From Bacteroidales bacterium (GTDB lineage Bacteria; Bacteroidota; Bacteroidia; Bacteroidales; UBA12077): a stretch of 64,000 nucleotides of DNA. Positions 57,018 to 64,000 of this stretch are shown piece after piece. Below the pieces are notes generated by a model, which worked only from the letters and a program-made list of their open reading frames with translations, ran no database searches and was not told where the DNA came from. The translations under genes were made by a program, and so were the position numbers. Numbering within the stretch: the stretch's first letter is position 1; each line of letters starts with the position of its first letter. The DNA lies in NCBI GenBank assembly GCA_028282585.1, contig JANQHR010000049.1, positions 1-64,000 of the forward strand. The letters are read 5' to 3'.

Positions 57018-57815
57018 ATGAATAAATTTTCAACAATTGAAATTGAACAAGAAGGCCAGGTAGCAACAATCTGGTTAAACCGCCCTGAAATTCACAATGC
57101 TTTCAATGAAGTTATGATTTCGGAAATAATTGAAGCATTTGAATTGCTGGAAACAAAAAAACTAATTAGAATCATTGTTTTAAGGGGGCGTGGAAAATCG
57201 TTTTGTGCAGGAGCCGATTTAAACTGGATGAAAGGAGTTGTTAATTATAGTTTTGATCAAAATTATAACGAGAGTTACAACCTATCCGTTTGTTTCAATA
57301 AGATTTACACCTGTAAAAAAATAACGATTGCTTTAGTTCATGGTGCTGCTATTGGTGGTGCAAATGGGCTTATGGCAGCCTGCGATTTTGCCTATGCAGA
57401 AACGGATACTGTATTTTCATTAAGCGAAACCAAAATTGGTTTAATACCTGCATGTATTGCCCCTTATATTATAAAACGGGTTGGCGAATTTGCTGCAAAA
57501 GAATTTATGTTGTCTGGCTTAAGGTTTAATGGAGAAGTTGCGGAGAGAAAGGGTTTAATTAACAAATCTGTACCTAAAGAAGAATTTGCAGGTTATTTTC
57601 AAAAAATGGTTAGCCTTCTTTTAACCAGCGGCCCGGAAGCTACAATTCAATGTAAAGAATTGATAAACAGCCTGTGCAATAGCATTAGTTATTCTGAAGC
57701 ACTAGAATATACAGCCAAAATGATTGCAGAAATAAGGCAATCAGAAGAAGGCCAGGAAGGCATGAATGCATTCCTCGAAAAAAGGAAGCCAAATTGGGTC
57801 GCAAAGTTAGATTAA
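57018..57815 (+). CDS. Enoyl-CoA hydratase (methylglutaconyl-CoA hydratase-like)
   Basis: LNRPEIHNAFN, FCAGADLNWM, EGQEGMNAFLEKRKP. Confidence 0.9.
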   Translation: MNKFSTIEIEQEGQVATIWLNRPEIHNAFNEVMISEIIEAFELLETKKLIRIIVLRGRGKSFCAGADLNWMKGVVNYSFDQNYNESYNLSVCFNKIYTCKKITIALVHGAAIGGANGLMAACDFAYAETDTVFSLSETKIGLIPACIAPYIIKRVGEFAAKEFMLSGLRFNGEVAERKGLINKSVPKEEFAGYFQKMVSLLLTSGPEATIQCKELINSLCNSISYSEALEYTAKMIAEIRQSEEGQEGMNAFLEKRKPNWVAKLD

Positions 57816-57822
57816 ATGCAAA

Positions 57823-59805
57823 ATGGATATTAAAAAGGTATTAATAGCAAACCGTGGAGAAATTGCCGTTCGCGTTGCGAAAACAGCGCGAAAAATGGGA
57901 ATTAATACGGTGGCGGTTTATTCAAAAAATGATGCCGGCGCACTGCATGTTTTAAATTGCGATGAAGCCTATAAATTGGATGGAGAGAGTTTATCTGAGA
58001 CTTATTTAAATATCGATAAAATTATAGGTATTGCCTTAAAATCTAATTGTGATGCGATTCATCCTGGCTATGGGTTCCTTTCTGAGAATCCAGCTTTCGC
58101 CAAAGCTTGTACGCATAATAATATCCGTTTTGTTGGCCCAAGAGCAGAATCAATATCTGTTATGGGCAATAAATTGCGCGCACGCCAGCTAGTAGGTGAA
58201 ATTGGTGTACCCATTACGTCTGGGCTTAGCGGAGAGTTAAACGAGGTATTGTCAGAAGCCAAAAAGCTAACATTCCCTATTTTAGTTAAAGCTGCTAGCG
58301 GCGGAGGGGGTAAAGGGATGCGAATTGCCAATTCACGAGAAGAGCTCGAAGAATCATTGTTAGCAACTTCTCGTGAGGCAGAAACTTATTTTGGTGACGG
58401 AACTGTTTACGTTGAACAGTACCTGGAATCTCCAAGGCATATTGAGGTTCAGGTTTTAGCAGATAATTATGGAAATGTAATCCACCTGTTTGAAAGAGAA
58501 TGCAGTTTACAAAGGCGGTATCAAAAAATTATAGAGGAGGCACCTTCAATAACTTTAGATGAAAACAAGCGAAACGAATTAACAAATGCTGCTGTAAAGA
58601 TTGCGAAAGAAATAAAATATACAAATGCCGGAACCATTGAATTTTTGGTAGATAAAAACCTGAATTTCTATTTTCTTGAAATGAATACCCGGATCCAGGT
58701 TGAACACCCGGTAACTGAAATGATTACAGGAATCGACATTGTTGAAGAGCAATTTAAGGTATGTTCAGGCAAGAAGCTATCTTTTTCTCAAAAAGATATC
58801 AAAATAAATGGGCATGCTATTGAAGCAAGAATATATGCGGAAAACCCGGAAAATAACTTTATGCCATCATCTGGCAAGATGGCTTTATACTGCCCACCTA
58901 AATTGGATCTTATCCGAATAGACTCTGCTTATAATAACCCATCTGAAGTTTTTCCTGATTTTGACCCAATGATTTCGAAACTTATTGTCTGTGATAAAAA
59001 CCGGGTAAGTGCTATATCCCAACTTGAAAATGCTTTAAACAATTATAATATACAAGGCATAAAAACAAATATTCAGTTCTTAAAATATTTAGTAACCAAT
59101 AAGGATTATGTTAAAAATAATATTTCAACCTCATTTATTGAAAGCAATTTAACTAAACTCCTAAAATATACAGGGTTAAAAGCTAACCATCTAACTCATG
59201 CCCTTTGCTGTGCCGCGTTAATCTCAGTAAAGCCGAAAGATAGCCCTACTTCTATTTGGGAAAGTATTGGCTATTGGAGATTTAACCAAAAACTAAAATT
59301 TACGGTTGAAGAAAAGGAATACGAGGTTAAATTTCTGAAAGCCGTTAATGGGCTTAAAATTGTAATTGAAAATAAAGATTGGTTTATTAATGAAATAACT
59401 TACAAGATAAATCAACTTTCGTTCAGTGCGAATAATGAATATGTTAAATGCCATTTTTCCAGCCTAAACGAATCATCTTTTTTCATTACAATAAACGGGT
59501 TTCAATTTAAAATTATAAGAAATGATATTTTGGACGAATCCATTAAATGGGAAAACAGAATAAGCAATTTAAACAACGAAAAAATATTGTATTCTCCTTT
59601 GCCGGGGAAAGTGGTAAAAATAAATATAAAAGAAGGCCAAAAAGTACAAAAAGGCCAGGATTTAATCATTATTGAGGCAATGAAGATGGAAAATAAACTG
59701 GCTTCAAAATATGAAACAGTTGTTAAGAGCGTAAATGTAACGATAGGGCAGCAGGTTGCTCCTGACTTGCCTTTGATCGAGTTTCAGAACAATTCCGCCG
59801 ATTAA
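57823..59805 (+). CDS. Biotin carboxylase + biotin carrier (MCC alpha-like)
   Basis: ANRGEIA, HPGYGFLSEN, GGGGKGM, EMNTRIQVEH, EAMKME. Confidence 0.93.
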   Translation: MDIKKVLIANRGEIAVRVAKTARKMGINTVAVYSKNDAGALHVLNCDEAYKLDGESLSETYLNIDKIIGIALKSNCDAIHPGYGFLSENPAFAKACTHNNIRFVGPRAESISVMGNKLRARQLVGEIGVPITSGLSGELNEVLSEAKKLTFPILVKAASGGGGKGMRIANSREELEESLLATSREAETYFGDGTVYVEQYLESPRHIEVQVLADNYGNVIHLFERECSLQRRYQKIIEEAPSITLDENKRNELTNAAVKIAKEIKYTNAGTIEFLVDKNLNFYFLEMNTRIQVEHPVTEMITGIDIVEEQFKVCSGKKLSFSQKDIKINGHAIEARIYAENPENNFMPSSGKMALYCPPKLDLIRIDSAYNNPSEVFPDFDPMISKLIVCDKNRVSAISQLENALNNYNIQGIKTNIQFLKYLVTNKDYVKNNISTSFIESNLTKLLKYTGLKANHLTHALCCAALISVKPKDSPTSIWESIGYWRFNQKLKFTVEEKEYEVKFLKAVNGLKIVIENKDWFINEITYKINQLSFSANNEYVKCHFSSLNESSFFITINGFQFKIIRNDILDESIKWENRISNLNNEKILYSPLPGKVVKINIKEGQKVQKGQDLIIIEAMKMENKLASKYETVVKSVNVTIGQQVAPDLPLIEFQNNSAD

Positions 59806-59830
59806 GTAAACCAAAAGCATATTAAAATTC

Positions 59831-61660
59831 ATGAAAGAAAACATTAAAATAGGCAATGCTGGAGGGTTCTGGGGAGATGACCTGGACGCATTTAGGCGCC
59901 AGCTAATTGGTGGTGAATTAGATTACATTGTTGCAGATTACCTTGCCGAGATCACAATGAGCATTTTACGAAAGCAAAATATCAAGAACCCACAATTAGG
60001 TTATGTTACGGATTTTGTCAACCAGGTGTTAGAAAATGCTGAGTTGATCGTACAAAAAAAAGTCAAGGTAATTACCAATGCAGGAGGCATAAACCCTTAT
60101 GAATGCGCAAAGAAAATAGCCAGGGGCCTTGAAGAAAAGAATCTCAATTTAAAAATATGCATTATTGATGGAGATAATATTTACGATGAAATTAGTAGGC
60201 TTTATTTAAATACTTCATCGTTTAAAAACATAGAAACAGGAGAAAGTTTTGAACTTATAAAAGATAAAATTGAAAGTGCCAATGTATATTTAGGTATAAT
60301 GCCGATTGTTAAAGCCCTTGAAAAAGAAGCCGATATAATTATTGCTGGCCGGGTAACAGATACTTCATTAGCCATGGCACCTGCATTTTACGAATTTGGG
60401 TGGGAAGAAAATGACTGGGACAAAATAGCATCATCGTTGGTTGCAGGGCACATAATAGAATGTGGTGCACAAAGCTCAGGAGGAAACTATACCGATTGGC
60501 ATAAAATCACAAAATGGGATAATTTCGGGTATCCCATTATAAATATTTTTCAGGATGGAACGTTCGAAGTTACCAAACACCCGGAAACTGGTGGATTAAT
60601 TAACACCGATGTTGTAAAAGAACAATTACTTTACGAAATGGGCAACCCGGGCCATTATATTAGCCCCGATGTTGTTGTTGATTTTACAACGGTTAAGCTT
60701 GAACCTAACGGAAATGATTGTGTGAAAGTTTCCGGGATAAAAGGAAAAGGGCCAACTACATCTTTTAAAGTGTCTATGTCTTACCGCGATGGTTTTAAAA
60801 CGTCAGGTTCAATCATTGTTTCAGGGCCTAAGGCTTTAGAAAAAGCTCAAAAAATAAAATCCTTTTTTTGGAAACGTTTGGGTACTGAATTCGAAAAATC
60901 AAATACTGAATTTATTGGCTACAATTCATGCCATGGAGAATTAGCACCTCCTATTAGCCCCAATGAGGTTCTTTTAAGGTTTAGTGTTTTTGATACGAAC
61001 AGAACTAAAATTGAAGAATTTTCAAAGAATATTGCACCGGTTATTTTAAGTGCCCCTCCAGGAGTAGCTGTTACAGGCGGGAGGCCTTTTATACATAACG
61101 TTATGGCATATTGGCCTGCCTTAATTGATAAAAAAGATGTAAAGGCTATTGTTCGAATTATTGGTAAAAATGAAGAAATCGAAGAATCGATTGAAATACC
61201 CTCAACCACTGGGTTTGAAAAGGATATTCCAACGATATCACGTGCCGGAATACAGGTTAGTACCGGCAAATACGAAAATTCTAAAATCAATTTACCTCAA
61301 AATGATTGGATAAAAACTAAGCTCTATGAAATATGTTTAGCCCGGTCAGGTGATAAAGGCAATATGGCAAACATTGGAGTAATAGCCAGAAACAAAGATA
61401 TTTATGACTTTATATCAGAACATATTACTGCTGATTATGTTAAAAATATGTTTAAGCATGTTTGCAAAGGAAAAGTAACCAGGTACAAACTTGATAACCT
61501 GTTATCGCTTAACTTTCTGCTTGATGAATCGCTTGATGGCGGCGGAACAAAATCTCTCATGATTGATGCACAAGGAAAAACACTTGCATCTGCTTTTTTA
61601 AATCAAGAAATAAATATACCAACGGAGCTTTCAAATACAGTTAAAGACAGTTCCGGGTGA
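59831..61660 (+). CDS. atuA: Acyclic terpene utilization AtuA family protein
   Basis: GFWGD, DYLAEITM, GHIIECGAQ, EQLLYE, ARSGDKG, DAQGKT. Confidence 0.88.
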   Translation: MKENIKIGNAGGFWGDDLDAFRRQLIGGELDYIVADYLAEITMSILRKQNIKNPQLGYVTDFVNQVLENAELIVQKKVKVITNAGGINPYECAKKIARGLEEKNLNLKICIIDGDNIYDEISRLYLNTSSFKNIETGESFELIKDKIESANVYLGIMPIVKALEKEADIIIAGRVTDTSLAMAPAFYEFGWEENDWDKIASSLVAGHIIECGAQSSGGNYTDWHKITKWDNFGYPIINIFQDGTFEVTKHPETGGLINTDVVKEQLLYEMGNPGHYISPDVVVDFTTVKLEPNGNDCVKVSGIKGKGPTTSFKVSMSYRDGFKTSGSIIVSGPKALEKAQKIKSFFWKRLGTEFEKSNTEFIGYNSCHGELAPPISPNEVLLRFSVFDTNRTKIEEFSKNIAPVILSAPPGVAVTGGRPFIHNVMAYWPALIDKKDVKAIVRIIGKNEEIEESIEIPSTTGFEKDIPTISRAGIQVSTGKYENSKINLPQNDWIKTKLYEICLARSGDKGNMANIGVIARNKDIYDFISEHITADYVKNMFKHVCKGKVTRYKLDNLLSLNFLLDESLDGGGTKSLMIDAQGKTLASAFLNQEINIPTELSNTVKDSSG

Positions 61661-61689
61661 AATCAGGAACCGTATAAAAACAATGCTAT

Positions 61690-62832
61690 ATGTTTATTCA
61701 AGAAGAACAAAAACTAGTTCGTAAAACCGCACGAGACTTTGCCGAAAGGGTTATAAAACCAGTTGCACAAAAATTAGATGAAGAGGAGAAGTTTGATGTT
61801 GGCATCGTTCGGCAAATGGGAGAATTAGGTTTTTTTGGGATGGTGATACCAGAAAAATATGGAGGGAAAGGAATGAGTTCTCTTTCCTACATTATTGCTG
61901 TTGAGGAAATATCAAGAGTTGATGGTTCGCATGCTGCTACCGTTGCGGCTCATAATTCCTTGGGCATACGGCCTATTTATAATTTTGGCACCGAAAGCCA
62001 ACGATGCAAATATATACCGCCACTTGCCAAAGGCAAAGGTTTATGGGCTTTTGGCTTAACAGAGCCCGAAGCAGGTTCAGACTCACGAGGGACAAAAACA
62101 ACTGCCAAATTTGAAAATGGAAAATGGATTTTAAATGGTTCAAAGATCTTTATAACAAATGGCTCTACTCCTATTACGAATGGCGTGACCGTTCAAGCAG
62201 TAACCGGAGAAGACAACGAGGGCAAAAAAGTATTCACTACATTTCTGCTGGATTCAGGAACAAAAGGTTTTACAGCAAAAGCAATGAAAAACAAGTTGAT
62301 GTGGAGAGCTTCTGACACTTCAGAATTATTTTTTTACGATTGTGAAATTCCGGAAGAAAACCTACTGGGAAAAATTGGTGAAGGTTCCAAAATAATGCTT
62401 AAAACCTTAGATTCAGGCCGGTTATCAATTGCTGCAATGGGCTTAGGTTGTGCACAAGGTGCTTATGAAGAAGCTCTTAATTATGCTAAAATTCGCAAGC
62501 AGTTCGGAAAACCGATCTCAAAATTCCAGGTAAATTCGTTCAAATTAGCCGATATGTATGTAAAAATTGAACTAGCCAGAAGTTATTTATACCGGGCCTG
62601 CTGGCTAAAAGACCATAAGCAGCCGTTTGGAGTTGAGTCAGCCATAGCCAAGTTGTACTGCTCAGAGGTGGCAAAAGAAGTAACAGATGAAGCAGTACAA
62701 ATACATGGTGGTTACGGTTTAATTAAAGATTATCCTGTTGAACGGTTTTACCGCGACCAGAGGTTATTAAGAATTGGAGAAGGAACCTCAGAAATACAAA
62801 GGTTAGTTATCTCCAGGCATATTGGTTGTTAA
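61690..62832 (+). CDS. Acyl-CoA dehydrogenase
   Basis: FGLTEPEAGSD, GSKIFITN, RKQFGKPI, QIHGGYG, IGEGTSEIQR. Confidence 0.95.
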   Translation: MFIQEEQKLVRKTARDFAERVIKPVAQKLDEEEKFDVGIVRQMGELGFFGMVIPEKYGGKGMSSLSYIIAVEEISRVDGSHAATVAAHNSLGIRPIYNFGTESQRCKYIPPLAKGKGLWAFGLTEPEAGSDSRGTKTTAKFENGKWILNGSKIFITNGSTPITNGVTVQAVTGEDNEGKKVFTTFLLDSGTKGFTAKAMKNKLMWRASDTSELFFYDCEIPEENLLGKIGEGSKIMLKTLDSGRLSIAAMGLGCAQGAYEEALNYAKIRKQFGKPISKFQVNSFKLADMYVKIELARSYLYRACWLKDHKQPFGVESAIAKLYCSEVAKEVTDEAVQIHGGYGLIKDYPVERFYRDQRLLRIGEGTSEIQRLVISRHIGC

Positions 62833-62905
62833 TATTTGCCTGTTTCCATAAAATAAATCACGGCGGTATTGATAAATATCATTCGTAATTTCATTCTTAA
62901 AACCT

Positions 62906-62913
62906 TATATTTG
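62906..62913 (+). promoter_or_regulatory. -7 box (TATATTTG) for the glycyl-radical operon; implies a ~170-nt leader
   Basis: Exact TAnnTTTG. Confidence 0.55.
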
Positions 62914-63092
62914 TATCAATTAGGTTTGATATGAATCCTTTCTGTTCAAATATCTTATACCACGATTTTGGCAAAGGCCTTTACGAGTGCTGGATTTGCT
63001 AAGCCTTCCCATTTTATTGTTTACAATTTAAATTCATGGGATGATTGTATTCCGATGAATCATTTCTTATACTTTAAATTATTACAATCAAG

Positions 63093-63887
63093 ATGGAAGC
63101 TACAATTTTCGATATTAAACATTTTGCTGTGCACGATGGCCCGGGAATAAGGCAAACTGTATTTTTCAAAGGCTGCCCTTTAAAATGTTGGTGGTGCCAT
63201 AACCCGGAAAGCCAGAGTAAAAATATTGAATCCTTTACAAGAATTAATAGGCTTGATGGCAAAGAATTTAAAAAAGAGTCTCCTATTGGATATTCTATAA
63301 CTATTGATGATTTATTTAAAACCATTCAGGGCGATAAAATATTTTTTGAAGAATCCGGAGGGGGTGTTACTTTTTCAGGTGGTGAACCATTAATGCAAGC
63401 AGACTTTTTGTATGAAATCACAAAGCTTTGTAAAGAGAATGGAATTCACACCTGTATTGACACATCGGGATTTGCACCGGAAGAAACACTGCAAAAAATT
63501 GCAAAAATTGCAGATTGTTTTCTATATGACCTAAAAATTGTAGATAATTATTTACATTATAATTACACAAATACTCCGGTATTTGATATTATCTCAAACC
63601 TAAATTGGTTAGACCAAAATAATAAAAACGTTATTCTAAGGTTTCCTTTAATACCAGGAATAACTGACTCCCGGCAAAACCTTTCCGAAGTTAAATTATT
63701 TATTAAATCGCTTAAAAACATTCATCAAATTGATATTTTACCATATCATGATATTGCCAATAGCAAATACAATAGGTTTAATAAAGAAAATTTAATGAAA
63801 GGTTCCGGCCTTATTCCAGAGGAGCAAATATCACATATTAAATCAGAATTTGAATCATTAGGGTTTAAGGTGGGTATTGGAGGATAA
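63093..63887 (+). CDS. Glycyl-radical enzyme activating protein (radical SAM, no ferredoxin insert)
   Basis: HDGPGIRQTVFFKGCPLKCWWCHNPES, GGVTFSGGEP, LPYH. Confidence 0.93.
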   Translation: MEATIFDIKHFAVHDGPGIRQTVFFKGCPLKCWWCHNPESQSKNIESFTRINRLDGKEFKKESPIGYSITIDDLFKTIQGDKIFFEESGGGVTFSGGEPLMQADFLYEITKLCKENGIHTCIDTSGFAPEETLQKIAKIADCFLYDLKIVDNYLHYNYTNTPVFDIISNLNWLDQNNKNVILRFPLIPGITDSRQNLSEVKLFIKSLKNIHQIDILPYHDIANSKYNRFNKENLMKGSGLIPEEQISHIKSEFESLGFKVGIGG

Positions 63888-63941
63888 ACAAATAAAATTC
63901 CTGCTGGTGTAGGAATCTTAAAAAAATTAAAATAGATAATC

Positions 63942-64000
63942 ATGAATTCACGAATAAAAAACTTAAGAGGCGAAAGCTTAATGGCAACAAATACATTATC
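63942..64000 (+). CDS. 5' end of a probable glycyl-radical enzyme (truncated by the window)
   Basis: MNSRIKNLRGESLMATNTL...; follows the activating enzyme; resembles GRE N-termini such as hydroxyproline dehydratase, but only 19 codons are visible. Confidence 0.5.
   Translation, partial: MNSRIKNLRGESLMATNTL

Noticed and set aside
6528-63943. Numerous 60-161 aa ORFs antisense to or nested in long genes (e.g. 6528, 10884, 20535, 36648, 43805, 60919)
   Set aside because: Shadow ORFs of well-supported genes
1-64000. CRISPR array, tRNA/rRNA, transposase, integrase, prophage or defence genes
   Set aside because: No regularly spaced repeats, cloverleaf or rRNA signatures, or matching protein motifs were seen by eye

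Overview
AT-rich chromosomal window from an anaerobic Bacteroidota member (Bacteroidales/Marinilabiliales-like), judged from gldF/gldG, TAnnTTTG -7 promoter boxes, yicC-gmk-nadD synteny and hydE. It holds housekeeping genes (gldFG, surE-lpxB, pheT, tnaA, MATE, yicC-gmk-nadD), two parallel sigma54/NtrC two-component + MacB-like permease modules, and an amino-acid fermentation cluster (ADP-forming acyl-CoA synthetase, porin, Na+/solute symporter, flavodoxin, aminotransferase, 2-oxoacid:ferredoxin oxidoreductase). It also holds a FabH/KAS III pair, hydE, a methylcrotonyl-CoA-carboxylase/AtuA cluster and the start of a glycyl-radical enzyme operon. I saw no rRNA, tRNA, CRISPR array or transposase. 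The most notable unexplained signals: (1) a ~600-nt, promoter- and terminator-bounded, highly structured minus-strand transcript between MATE and yicC (candidate large ncRNA); (2) an active KAS III next to a KAS III lacking all three catalytic residues plus a small STAS-like protein, bracketed by a duplicated promoter/operator; (3) a Trp-less leader peptide with alternative hairpins upstream of tryptophanase; (4) two unannotated small membrane proteins; (5) several candidate sRNAs. All calls come from reading by eye; no folding, alignment or database search was run.
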